NCBI GenBank assembly: GCA_041946735.1
Contig: JBHGAY010000014.1
Location: 66,733-130,732 of the forward strand
DNA from: Candidatus Eiseniibacteriota bacterium
GTDB taxonomy: Bacteria; Eisenbacteria; RBG-16-71-46; CAIMUX01; VGJL01
Reading direction: 5' to 3'
Length of the DNA: 64,000 bases
Shown here: positions 1 through 9,355 of the stretch, piece after piece
How the letters are laid out: each line of letters begins with the position of its first letter
Position numbering within the stretch: the first letter of the stretch is position 1
The notes under the pieces: model-generated
Databases searched by the model: none
Seen by the model: the letters and a program-made list of their open reading frames with translations, nothing else
What the model was told of the DNA's origin: nothing
Made by a program: the position numbers and the translations under genes

Positions 1-624
1 CGCCACCAGGTGGTTCAGGCCGCCGTGGAAGGCGACGAATGGAACTTCGCGCACCGGCTCGAGCCTTTGCGCGATCCTTCGGTCCAGATCACGGTACCGC
101 TCGGCGACGACGCGGCCGCGGGCTCGGAGCGTGTCGGCCGCTTCGGGGCGGAGGCTCGCGTAGATCCCTCCGATCCTCTCGGCGACCGTCGCGGCCTTGA
201 TCGGATCGAGCCAGATGTGCGGATCCCCCTCGGGCTCGTCGGAGGAAGCCGTCGGTTCGGGGCCCGGAAGGTCGTGGCCGAGCCTCTCGATGCGCGCGCC
301 CGGGCTCGCTCCGGCGGCCAGCCTCTCGGACCAGACGTCGAGGCCGCGGCCGATGGTCAGATGGACGTCGGCTCGGGAGAGCGCGCGAACGGCATCGGGA
401 CCGGGCTCGAAATCGTGCGGGGAAGCGCCGGGCGGCAAGACGACGTGGACTTCGACGGCGTCCCCCCCGACCTCTCCCGCGATCGCCCCGAGCGGCGGGA
501 TCGAAGCGGAGACTACGAGCTTGGGATCGCGTGGTCGCGAGCGGGAACAGGAGCCAGCGGCCACCAGCCCGGCAAGCGTCATGAAGAGAACGACAGGGCG
601 CCCGTATCTTCTTGCGAGATGCAT
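1..624 (-). CDS. Metal (Zn/Mn) ABC transporter substrate-binding lipoprotein, ZnuA/TroA family; runs off the window edge
   Basis: Absent from the ORF track; translated by hand from ATG 624: MHLARRYGRPVVLFMTLAGLVAAGSC (lipobox-like) ... VVSASIPPL ... VVLPPGASPHDFEP ... DPHIWLDP ... FVAFH, the typical cluster A-I motifs. Confidence 0.88.
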   Translation of the reverse strand, partial: MHLARRYGRPVVLFMTLAGLVAAGSCSRSRPRDPKLVVSASIPPLGAIAGEVGGDAVEVHVVLPPGASPHDFEPGPDAVRALSRADVHLTIGRGLDVWSERLAAGASPGARIERLGHDLPGPEPTASSDEPEGDPHIWLDPIKAATVAERIGGIYASLRPEAADTLRARGRVVAERYRDLDRRIAQRLEPVREVPFVAFHGGLNHLVA

Positions 625-724
625 CGATCCGAATCTAGACCGGCGTATCGGAAAAGGCAATTCGGCCATGAAACGAGATTCATTCGAAAGGATGCGACGA
701 TCGGGAACTTCTCCGATACGGTCC

Positions 725-733
725 TGGTATAGG
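725..733 (+). promoter_or_regulatory. Possible extended -10 element (TGgTATAGG) for the downstream structured RNA
   Basis: TG-n-TATAGG lies just before the structured region; no clear -35. Confidence 0.3.
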
Positions 734-739
734 GACGCG

Positions 740-955
740 TGACGCAAGGGGAGCAATCAACAAAGGGTTCCCCCGACGGCCGAAAGGGTCGGGAACGTCA
801 CCCAGGTTTGAAAGTCTGAGCTGGTCTTCCCGGGCTGTGATTCGCGTGGGGCTTGGAGCAACAATCATCGTTGGTCCGTGGCCTCCCGGACTCCCGGTTG
901 CACCGGCTCGATCCACCGGAAGCCCCGGGGCGAGTGGTTCGCTCCGGGGCTTTCG
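740..955 (+). ncRNA. Candidate structured non-coding RNA or cis-regulatory leader, family unassigned
   Basis: Intergenic, no credible ORF. Several hairpins (GTTCccCCGAC-ggCC-GAAA-GG-GTCGGGAAC; CAGGTT-TGAA-AGTCTG; long CCGGGCTGTG...CGTGGCctcCCGG stem), ending in a terminator. Confidence 0.5.
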
Positions 956-960
956 CTTTC
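919..960 (+). terminator. Intrinsic terminator
   Basis: GAAGCCCCGGGGCGA-gtggt-TCGCTCCGGGGCTTT stem followed by a pyrimidine-rich tract. Confidence 0.7.
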
Positions 961-1114
961 GCTTCCCCTTCCCGTTCCCCATCCCCATCCCCTTCGCCTT
1001 CACCCATCACCATCTTCCTCTTCGCTCCGCGCCTTTCTTCGCTCCGGGCCTCCGCGTTTCCGCCGGGTGCTGGTGCTATCCTCTCCGGAACCGAGGGGAG
1101 GGGGTGTGAGCGCG

Positions 1115-3202
1115 ATGTTTCGCAGGCCGAGCCGGGAGGTCCGGATCGGCCCGCTTCGGATCGGAGCGGACAACCCGATCCTGATCCAGTCGATGACGGT
1201 TGCCGACACGCTCGATACCGAGGCCGTGGCGGCTGAGATCGAGCAGCTCGCGGCGGCCGGCTGCCCGCTCGTTCGCGTCACCGTCCCCCACCTTCCTGCC
1301 GCAGACAACCTCCCTGCGATCCGCGAAGCTCTCCGGCGGCGCGGCGTGACGGTGCCACTCGTCGCGGACATCCATTTCAAGCCCGCCGCCGCGCTCGCCT
1401 CGATCCGATGGGTCGAGAAGGTCCGGATCAATCCCGGAAACTATGTGGATCGCAAGCGCTTCGCGGTACGCGAGTACACGGACGACGACTATGCGGCGGA
1501 GCTGGGGCGGATCCGGGAGGAGTTCGCTCCTCTCGTCGCGCGGCTGGCGGAAACGGGCACCGCGCTCAGGATCGGGACGAACCATGGCTCTCTCAGCGAC
1601 CGCATCGTCAACCGTTACGGCGACACTCCGGAGGGGATGGTCGAGTCAGCGCTCGAATTCGTTCGGATCTGCGAATCGCTCGACTATCGCGACATCGTCC
1701 TCTCGATGAAGTCTTCCGTCCCCTCCGTCATGGTCGCCGCCAATCGTCTGCTGGCCGCGCGGATGGCGGAGGAAGGAATGGAGTATCCGATCCACCTCGG
1801 CGTCACCGAGGCGGGAGGCGGACTTGAGGGCCGGATCAAGTCGGCGATCGGTATCGGCGCGCTCCTGATGGAGGGGATCGGCGACACGATCCGGGTCTCG
1901 CTGACCGAGGACTCCGTCCACGAAATCGAGGCGTGCCGCCGCGTCCTCGTGGCCGCCGAGAAGCACCGGGAGCCGCTTCACTGGGCGCCCGCGCAGCGCG
2001 TCTCCTTCCCGCGCCGCGAGACGCGCGACGGGCGAATCGGTGCGCTGCGTTTCGGGGGCAAGACGCCCTGCCGTGTGGAAGGGCCGGTGGGAGCCGATCC
2101 GGAAACCGATCCAAGAGGAGCGGCCGCCGAAGCCGTGGCGCTTCTCCGGCCCGCGGATCCGGTCTCCCCGCGCGCGGTCGCCGAGCTGATCCGCGTGCAG
2201 TCCCCGCGTTCGCTCTCCCTCGGCGCCCTCGAAGAGTTCCACGAAGCGCTGCGCGAGGGATTCGGCCCCGTGCGGCGCGGCGGGAGGAACGGCGAGGACG
2301 CCGGCGACGGCGACGACGGCGGCGCCAGCGGCGTCCCGTTGCTCCTCGAGATCGATCTTCGCCAGCCGGGCGAGATCCACGCCCTCGAGCCGCTCCTGCC
2401 GCTGCTCGACGGCGTCGGCGCGCGGCTGGCTTCCGGCTCTCCGCTCGATCCCGATCGGATCGGCCTGCTCGCCCGCCTCGCGCGGCGCCGGGGTAAGGCG
2501 ATCCGCTTCAGGATCGAAGAGGCGGAGCCGTCGCGGGCGGCGGAGAGCGCCGCCGCTCTCGCTCGCGTCGCGCTCGGAGAAGGCTTGGAGCCCGAAGCGA
2601 TCAGTTTCCTCTTGGCGGGTGACCGGATGGCGGGCGCGATGCGCGAGGCGGCTCGCCGGCTCGACGCCGATCCGGCGACGGCCGGCATTCCGCTCTGGAT
2701 CGAGGCGCCCGGCGATCCGATCGAGGCCGCCGTCGTCGCCGGTTCGCTCTTGATCGACGGCCTCGGCGACGGCCTGACGATCCCCGGCGCCGCGGAACAC
2801 GCGATTCCGGGAGCGGACGGTCAGCTGCGGAGCGATCCCGTGCGTCTCGCCTACACGATCCTGCAGGGATGCCGGCTGAGGCTGACCCGCGCGGAGTTCA
2901 TCGCCTGCCCGTCCTGCGGGCGGACGCTCTTCGATCTCCAGTCGACCACGCGGAGGATCCAGGAGAGGACGGCGCATCTGAGCGGCGTCAAGATCGCCGT
3001 GATGGGATGCATCGTGAACGGCCCGGGAGAGATGGCAGACGCCGACTTCGGCTACGTTGGCAGCGCTCCGGGGAAAGTCGATCTGTACGTGGGGCGCACG
3101 AGGGTGAGGCAGGGAATCCCGGCGGAGGAGGCGGATCAGCGCCTCGTCGACCTCATCCGGGAGCATGGGATGTGGGTGGACCCGCCGGGCGCGACCCGCT
3201 AG
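1115..3202 (+). CDS. ispG: (E)-4-hydroxy-3-methylbut-2-enyl-diphosphate synthase, long three-domain form
   Basis: PILIQSMT, PLVADIHF, KVRINPGN, RIGTNHGSLS, HLGVTEAG, GIGDTIRVSLT, ACPSCGRT, GCIVNGPGE; start ATG 1115 (or GTG 1106). Confidence 0.97.
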   Translation: MFRRPSREVRIGPLRIGADNPILIQSMTVADTLDTEAVAAEIEQLAAAGCPLVRVTVPHLPAADNLPAIREALRRRGVTVPLVADIHFKPAAALASIRWVEKVRINPGNYVDRKRFAVREYTDDDYAAELGRIREEFAPLVARLAETGTALRIGTNHGSLSDRIVNRYGDTPEGMVESALEFVRICESLDYRDIVLSMKSSVPSVMVAANRLLAARMAEEGMEYPIHLGVTEAGGGLEGRIKSAIGIGALLMEGIGDTIRVSLTEDSVHEIEACRRVLVAAEKHREPLHWAPAQRVSFPRRETRDGRIGALRFGGKTPCRVEGPVGADPETDPRGAAAEAVALLRPADPVSPRAVAELIRVQSPRSLSLGALEEFHEALREGFGPVRRGGRNGEDAGDGDDGGASGVPLLLEIDLRQPGEIHALEPLLPLLDGVGARLASGSPLDPDRIGLLARLARRRGKAIRFRIEEAEPSRAAESAAALARVALGEGLEPEAISFLLAGDRMAGAMREAARRLDADPATAGIPLWIEAPGDPIEAAVVAGSLLIDGLGDGLTIPGAAEHAIPGADGQLRSDPVRLAYTILQGCRLRLTRAEFIACPSCGRTLFDLQSTTRRIQERTAHLSGVKIAVMGCIVNGPGEMADADFGYVGSAPGKVDLYVGRTRVRQGIPAEEADQRLVDLIREHGMWVDPPGATR

Positions 3203-3222
3203 GAATTCCCACCGGAGGATTC

Positions 3223-4701
3223 TTGACCGCACCGGAATCGGAGAGACTGCGCTTCATCGAGCCGGACGGATCGAACCGCGAGGAGATCCGCCGGCTCGGC
3301 TACCGCTTCATCGATCTGCTGGTGGAGGCGGCGAGCGACGCGGTCCACCGTCCTCCGGTCCCCGACGACGGCGAGGCGGCGGCGTTCCCCGCGCGCTACG
3401 AGCCGCCCGCGACGGGCCGGCCGGCGGAGGATCTGCTCGAGGCGATGCGCGACGGCGTGCTGCGCCACGTCCTGAATCCCGCGCATCCGGGCTACGTCGG
3501 CCACATGGACTCCCTCGCCAGTGCGGTCGGGATCTTCTCCGACGCGATCGTCTCCGCGTGCAACAACAACATGCTCTCCTACGAGATGTCGCTGCTCTTC
3601 ACGACGATGGAGCAGGCGATCCTCGCCTGGTCGGCGCGCTCCTTCGGCTGGGGCGAGGGAGCCGGCGGGTTCCTCGTGAGCGGCGGGACGCTCGCGAACA
3701 TCCAGGCGATCTGGACGGCGCGGAACGCGCGCGCCGGCGAAGGGATCGCCCGCGAGGGGGTGCGGGATGGGGCGCGTGGCGCCCCTGTCGTGATCGCGTC
3801 GGAGAACGCCCATTACTCCTTCCGCAAGGCGGCGAATCTTCTCGGGATCGGCCGCGAGGGGCTCCGGCTCGTGCCGACGGACCGCGCGGGGCGCGTGCGG
3901 CCGGAAGCGATGGAACGCGCGGTCGTCGAGGCGAAGCGCGAGGGCAAGATCCCCTTCTGCATCATCGGTATCGCGGGGACGACGGTGACGGGGTCGATCG
4001 AGCCGCTGCCGGAGATCGGGGAGATCGCGCGCCGGCACGGCCTCTGGTACCACGTCGACGCGGCCTACGGAGGCAGCCTGATCCTGAGCGGCGCGCTTCG
4101 TGGCCGGCTGGCGGGATGCGAGCATGCGGACTCGATCACCTGGAATCCGCAGAAATGGCTCTACGTCCCGAAGACCTGCGCCTCGCTCCTCTATCGGGAT
4201 CTGGGGGTGCTGGACCGCACGATCCGCGAGACGTTCGTCTACGGGCGGGAGCAGGCCCCGGCGGGCCAGACGAATCTCGGCGAGTACACGATGCAGGGAA
4301 CCCGGCGCGTGGACGTCCTCAAGCTCTGGCTGACGCTCGAGCACTTCGGAATGTCAGCGCTGGGCGGGCTGATCGAGACCTTGACCGAGCGTGCGCGCTG
4401 GCTCGCCGACCGTATCGAGGCGGCCGGCGAGCTGGATCTGATCGGGCCGCCCGACCTGAACATCGTCTGCTTCCGCGCGCTGCCGCGCGGCGTGGACCCC
4501 GAGGACGGCCCGCGGGTCGACGCGATCCAGGAGGAGGTGCAGAAGGAGGTGGCGCGGCGCGGTCATGGCTGGATCTCGATCCCGCGTTATCAGGGACGAC
4601 GAATCCTGCGCGCGGTGATCCTCCATCCGCGATGCGATACGGATGTGCTGGCGAGCGTGCTCGCGGACGTGCGCGAGGCGGCGGCAGCGGCAAGACGATG
4701 A
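3223..4701 (+). CDS. Group II PLP-dependent amino-acid decarboxylase (GadA/Ddc family)
   Basis: YVGHM, SGGTLANI, AHYSFRKAA, AGTTVTGSIE, HVDAAYGG, DSITWNPQKW (PLP lysine), QGTRR..LKLW; TTG start after GGAGG. Confidence 0.9.
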   Translation: MTAPESERLRFIEPDGSNREEIRRLGYRFIDLLVEAASDAVHRPPVPDDGEAAAFPARYEPPATGRPAEDLLEAMRDGVLRHVLNPAHPGYVGHMDSLASAVGIFSDAIVSACNNNMLSYEMSLLFTTMEQAILAWSARSFGWGEGAGGFLVSGGTLANIQAIWTARNARAGEGIAREGVRDGARGAPVVIASENAHYSFRKAANLLGIGREGLRLVPTDRAGRVRPEAMERAVVEAKREGKIPFCIIGIAGTTVTGSIEPLPEIGEIARRHGLWYHVDAAYGGSLILSGALRGRLAGCEHADSITWNPQKWLYVPKTCASLLYRDLGVLDRTIRETFVYGREQAPAGQTNLGEYTMQGTRRVDVLKLWLTLEHFGMSALGGLIETLTERARWLADRIEAAGELDLIGPPDLNIVCFRALPRGVDPEDGPRVDAIQEEVQKEVARRGHGWISIPRYQGRRILRAVILHPRCDTDVLASVLADVREAAAAARR

Positions 4702-6860
4702 ACCGTCCCGCTCGGGTCGCTCTCGGAAGTCTCTTCGCTCTCGTCGCCGTCCTCGGGGCGTGCGGCACCGGTGCCGCGCTCGCTCGCGCCGAGGCGCGAT
4801 CCTACCCGCCTACTCCCCGCATCCCGGTCGCCGACACGCTCCATGGGACAGTGATTGTCGACGACTACCGCTGGCTGGAGAACGCGGGCGACGCGGCCGT
4901 GGGCGCCTGGACCGCCGCGCAGGATTCGTCGAGCCGCTCGATCCTCGACCGCCTCCCCGAGCGGGACTGGCTGCGCCGGCGATTCGAGAGCCTTTGGCGC
5001 TATGACGATGAGGGCGCGCCCGAGGAGGTGATCGACGGCGACCGGTTCTTCTACTGGGTCAAGAGGAAGGAGGACGAGAAGAGCCGGTACTGGACGAAGG
5101 CGTCGCGCGAGGCGCCCGGCATGGAGGTGCTCGATCCCAACGCCTGGGGAGCGGACGATCAGCTCGAAGGCTTCTACCCCTCGCGTGACGGGCGCTACGT
5201 CGCGTTCGGCCGCGCGCACGCCGGCGACGAGACGCCGGTCGTCCGCGTGATGGAGGTCGAGACGGGGCGCATCCTTCCCGACAGCCTGCGCGGGTGGCGC
5301 CCCGACGGCGTCTCCTGGCTTCCCGACGGCTCGGGCTTCTACTACAGCGCGAATCCGGGCAAGGGCGAGGTTCCGGCGGGCGAGGAGGTCTACTGGTCAC
5401 GCGCCTACTTCCACCGGCTCGGCGCTCCCGCCGCGAGCGACTCGGTCGTCTTCTTCCATCCGTCCGTGAAGGAGTATTTCCACGCGGCATGGGTGAGCGA
5501 GGACGGCTTGTGGGTCCTCTACGGGCGATGGGAGTTCAGCAAGAACGAGCTCTACTTCCAGCGGCTCGGCTCGAAGCAGCCTCCGATCCCCCTCGCCACC
5601 GGCTTCGATGCGCAGTACTCGGCGCAGATCCTGGACGGCCGGATCTACGTGACGACCGATAGCGGCGCTTCGATGTCCCACGTCTTCCTCACGGACGTCG
5701 ATCATCCCGAGCGGGCGAGCTGGAAGGAGATCGTGCCGGAGGATCCGGAGAGGAAGATCGAAGGCGTGGTCGCGATCGGTGGCCGGCTCTATCTGCAATG
5801 CGAGCGGCGGGCGTCGACGGAGATCCGGATCCATGACGCGGACGGGCGGTGGTTACGCGACCTGCCGCTGCCCGGGATCGGCAGCGCTTCGGTGAGCGGG
5901 CATTGGTCGAAGCCGACCGTCTGGGTGTCGTTCTCCTCCTTCGTGCAGCCGCCGGTCACCTACACGTACGACTTCGCCGCCGACTCGATCCGCTTGTACA
6001 AGAAGTTCCCGGTCGACGTCGACGTCTCCCCGTACACGGTGGACCAGGTGTTCTACCCCTCGAAGGACGGCACGCGGATCTCGATGTTCCTGGCGCATCG
6101 CAAGGACCTCGCGCGGGACGGCCGCGGCGCGGCGCTGCTCACCGGCTACGGCGGCTTCGACGTCTCGATCACCCCCCACTTCAGCGCCTCTCTCTTCGCC
6201 TGGCTCGAGGCGGGAGCGGTCGTCGCCCTCCCCAACCTGCGCGGCGGTGGAGAGTACGGGCGCGCGTGGCATGAAGCGGGCATGCTCGAGAGGAAGCAGA
6301 ACGTGTTCGACGACTTCCTGTCGGCGGCCGAGTGGCTGATCGCGCAGGGGTATACCTCCCGGGAGCGGCTCGCGATCTCCGGAGGAAGCAACGGAGGGCT
6401 CCTCGTCGGCGCCGCGATGGTGCAGCGACCCGATCTGTTCCGCGCCGTCCTCTGCGAGGTGCCGCTGCTCGACATGCTCCGCTATCACCTCTTCGGCTAC
6501 GCGAACATCTGGGCGAGCGAGTACGGAAATGCGGAGAACGCCGATCAATTCGCCTTCCTCCGCGCCTATTCCCCGTATCACAACGTGCGCGACGGCGTGC
6601 GCTACCCTGCGGCGCTCTTCATCGCGAGCGACAACGATGCCCGGGTCGATGCGCTCCACGCGCGCAAGATGGCCGCGCGCCTGCAGGCCGCCGACGCGGG
6701 CGGCGGGCCGATCCTGTTCCTCCTGCAGGGCGACTCGGGCCACGGCGGCGCCGTTTCGCTCTCGGAGAAGATCGAGCAGGCGGTCGACGGCGACGCTTTC
6801 CTGATGGATCAGGTCGGAGTCCGCGGTCCCGTCACGTTCCCCGAGTCCCAGCCGCACTGA
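4698..6860 (+). CDS. Prolyl oligopeptidase (S9A), secreted
   Basis: Signal peptide; DDYRWLE, GYGGF, NLRGGGEYG, GGSNGG nucleophile motif, DARV, SGHG; ATGA overlap with the decarboxylase. Confidence 0.95.
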   Translation: MNRPARVALGSLFALVAVLGACGTGAALARAEARSYPPTPRIPVADTLHGTVIVDDYRWLENAGDAAVGAWTAAQDSSSRSILDRLPERDWLRRRFESLWRYDDEGAPEEVIDGDRFFYWVKRKEDEKSRYWTKASREAPGMEVLDPNAWGADDQLEGFYPSRDGRYVAFGRAHAGDETPVVRVMEVETGRILPDSLRGWRPDGVSWLPDGSGFYYSANPGKGEVPAGEEVYWSRAYFHRLGAPAASDSVVFFHPSVKEYFHAAWVSEDGLWVLYGRWEFSKNELYFQRLGSKQPPIPLATGFDAQYSAQILDGRIYVTTDSGASMSHVFLTDVDHPERASWKEIVPEDPERKIEGVVAIGGRLYLQCERRASTEIRIHDADGRWLRDLPLPGIGSASVSGHWSKPTVWVSFSSFVQPPVTYTYDFAADSIRLYKKFPVDVDVSPYTVDQVFYPSKDGTRISMFLAHRKDLARDGRGAALLTGYGGFDVSITPHFSASLFAWLEAGAVVALPNLRGGGEYGRAWHEAGMLERKQNVFDDFLSAAEWLIAQGYTSRERLAISGGSNGGLLVGAAMVQRPDLFRAVLCEVPLLDMLRYHLFGYANIWASEYGNAENADQFAFLRAYSPYHNVRDGVRYPAALFIASDNDARVDALHARKMAARLQAADAGGGPILFLLQGDSGHGGAVSLSEKIEQAVDGDAFLMDQVGVRGPVTFPESQPH

Positions 6861-7096
6861 GGGAGCGAGAGCCGGGTGGCGGGAACGCCGAACGCCGGCG
6901 CTCGCCTGACTGCCGCTGCGACTTCCTGCTTCCTGCTATCCTGCCGGCCTCCCCCAAAGTGGCATCGCGCTCTCGGACCGCCGAAGGCGCTGTATCGGAC
7001 CGGCCACGACGGCGACGCAAGGAAAGGGAAGGGCCGCGGCGAGACAGCGCGGCGGCACGAACGAGAATCGGCCGACGAAGGGACGGGTGAAGAGCG

Positions 7097-9277
7097 ATGC
7101 GACGCGCTTCGATCGTGGCAGGTCTTTCTCTGACTCTCTGCATTCTCTCCCTTTCCACGCTCTGGACGGCCCCTGCGACCGCCCAGTGGCAGCAGACGGC
7201 GGGACCGGGGAGGGTCGCGATCCTTCCTCTCCACGAGAGCGACGGCTCTCTCTTTGCGGGAAGCGAAGGGATGGGCGTCTTCCGTTCGGAGGATCAGGGC
7301 ACGAGCTGGACGGCGGCGAACGCAGGGATCGAGCAGGCGCAGGTGCTCGCGCTCGCCTCCGCCGGCCCCTGGCTGTTCGCCGGTCTGGCCCAGACCGACA
7401 CCGATGGCGGCGTCTATCGGTCGAGCGACGGGGGCGCGAGCTGGACGGCGGCGAAAAACGGGATGGGCGACATCTACGTCCTCGCCCTCATGGAGACGAA
7501 CGGCGCGCTGCTGGCCGGCGTGGCGGGGCTCGGCGTGATGAAGACGACCGACCTTGGGCAGTCCTGGTTCGAGTCGAACGAAGGAATGGGCTTCGAGACG
7601 GTCCGCGCTTTCACGAAGGTCGCCTCGACGCTGTTCGCCGCCGGCGACAACTTCCTTTATCGCTCCGACGACGGAGGGGCGAGCTGGTCCTTCACGGACG
7701 GCGGGCAGTACTTCCCGATTTCGAGCCTGTACTACGACGGCACGAGCTACGTCTACGGGGGAGGGATCGAAGGGCTCGTGCGCTCGACCGACGGAGGAGC
7801 GCACTGGGGAGAACGGATCGACGTCCCGCTCCTCGCTCCGCTCTCGCGCATCACGGCGTTCTGGTCGTCCGGCGCAACGCTCTACGCTTCGACGTCCTCC
7901 TCTCCCGGCTCCGGGGGACATGGCGTGATCCGGTCAACCGATCACGGACTCACATGGTCCGCGGCAAACGATGGAATCGAGATCGTCGATACGCAGTCGC
8001 TGCTCGCGGTCGGCGGGCGGTTGATCGCAGGCAGCCGCGACAAGTCCATCCTTTTCTCCGAAGACGGCGGAGCGAGCTGGCATCAGGGACTCGCGGGGCT
8101 GCCCCCGGGCGGCAGCGTGCGCGACCTGCTCGCGGCCAGCAGCGGCGATCTCTATGCAGGGACCGAAGGCGACGGCGTCTACCGGAGCACCGACTCCGGG
8201 CTGAGCTGGTCGCGGGTGAGCGACGAGCCGAGCGGCATGCTGCGCAACGAGACGGTCCTCGCGCTCGCATCGAGGCAGAACCTGCTCTTCGCGGGCACCA
8301 CTTCGCACGGAATCTTCCGCTCCTCGGATGCGGGGGCCTCCTGGGTCCCCGCGTCGACCGGCATCCCGGCGGGGACCGGCATCCTCTCGCTCGCTTCGGC
8401 GACCGGAGCGATGGTGGCCGGAACGTCCGAGAGGATCTACTACTCGACCGACGCAGGAGGCCATTGGCTCGCCGCGGCCGCTCCCCCGGCGACGATCCCG
8501 GCGGTTGCGGCATCCGGCAACGTCGTCTGCGCGAACGTCGTCACCGGCATCTTCCAGGACGACGGCATCTATCGCTCGACCGATTCCGGCCTGGTCTGGA
8601 CTCGCGTCCACCAGTCTCTCGAGGACAGCTACATCGGGACGATGGCGGCCAATGGAAGCTGGTTCTACGCGGGGACCTTCTTCGACGGCGGCCTGCTCCG
8701 TTCGAGCGACAGCGGCGGGAACTGGGCCCCGGTCAACTCTGCGCAGCAGGTGTACGCGGTCGTGGATCCGGGGACGGAGCAGTTCACGGGCCACGACGCC
8801 TCGACCGGCCAGGCGTACCGCTCGACGGATCACGGCTCGAGCTGGGAGCCGTGGAACGACGGCCTGCCGCCCGGCCAGTCGATCGAAGCGCTGGCGGCGA
8901 GCCCGAGCTACGTCTTCGGCGCGACATCTGCGCAGGGAGTCTGGAGGCGGTTGCGCCAGGGCTCCGCGTCCGTCGAGGCCGATCCGCCGGCGGGAGGCGC
9001 GCGACTCCCGTTCGATCTGCGCGTCGACGGCGCGATGCCGTTCGCGGGATCGACGAAGGTCCGCTTCTCGCTCTCCGAGGAGGAAGCGGTCGACATGCGG
9101 ATCATCGACGTCTCCGGCCGGACGGTCGCCGTTCTCGCATCCGAGCGGCTCGGCGCCGGCCCACATGAGGCGCAGTGGGACGCGACGGGACTCCCCGGCG
9201 GCGTCTACTTCTGCCGCCTCTCGACGGCCGCCTCCGACGCCACGCTCCGACTCGTCGTGAAGCCGGCGCGCCGGTAG
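7097..9277 (+). CDS. Secreted BNR/Asp-box beta-propeller protein with C-terminal FlgD-Ig/T9SS-like domain
   Basis: Signal peptide; many YRSxDGGxSW repeats; C-terminal IIDVSGRTV..WDATGLPGGVYFCRL. Confidence 0.85.
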   Translation: MRRASIVAGLSLTLCILSLSTLWTAPATAQWQQTAGPGRVAILPLHESDGSLFAGSEGMGVFRSEDQGTSWTAANAGIEQAQVLALASAGPWLFAGLAQTDTDGGVYRSSDGGASWTAAKNGMGDIYVLALMETNGALLAGVAGLGVMKTTDLGQSWFESNEGMGFETVRAFTKVASTLFAAGDNFLYRSDDGGASWSFTDGGQYFPISSLYYDGTSYVYGGGIEGLVRSTDGGAHWGERIDVPLLAPLSRITAFWSSGATLYASTSSSPGSGGHGVIRSTDHGLTWSAANDGIEIVDTQSLLAVGGRLIAGSRDKSILFSEDGGASWHQGLAGLPPGGSVRDLLAASSGDLYAGTEGDGVYRSTDSGLSWSRVSDEPSGMLRNETVLALASRQNLLFAGTTSHGIFRSSDAGASWVPASTGIPAGTGILSLASATGAMVAGTSERIYYSTDAGGHWLAAAAPPATIPAVAASGNVVCANVVTGIFQDDGIYRSTDSGLVWTRVHQSLEDSYIGTMAANGSWFYAGTFFDGGLLRSSDSGGNWAPVNSAQQVYAVVDPGTEQFTGHDASTGQAYRSTDHGSSWEPWNDGLPPGQSIEALAASPSYVFGATSAQGVWRRLRQGSASVEADPPAGGARLPFDLRVDGAMPFAGSTKVRFSLSEEEAVDMRIIDVSGRTVAVLASERLGAGPHEAQWDATGLPGGVYFCRLSTAASDATLRLVVKPARR

Positions 9278-9355
9278 GCGCTTGCACTGGACATGTCGCA
9301 CGTGGGCCATCACCCATACACAGCCGACGAGGCCGCCAGGAGGAGGGAAAGAAGC

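Noticed and set aside
10..742. Plus-strand ORFs of 240 and 181 aa
   Set aside because: Shadows of the minus-strand ZnuA-like gene, which has clear family motifs.
795..830. Minus-strand GACTTTCAAACC as a tRNA-Sec anticodon arm
   Set aside because: No acceptor stem, T-arm or CCA end can be built around it.
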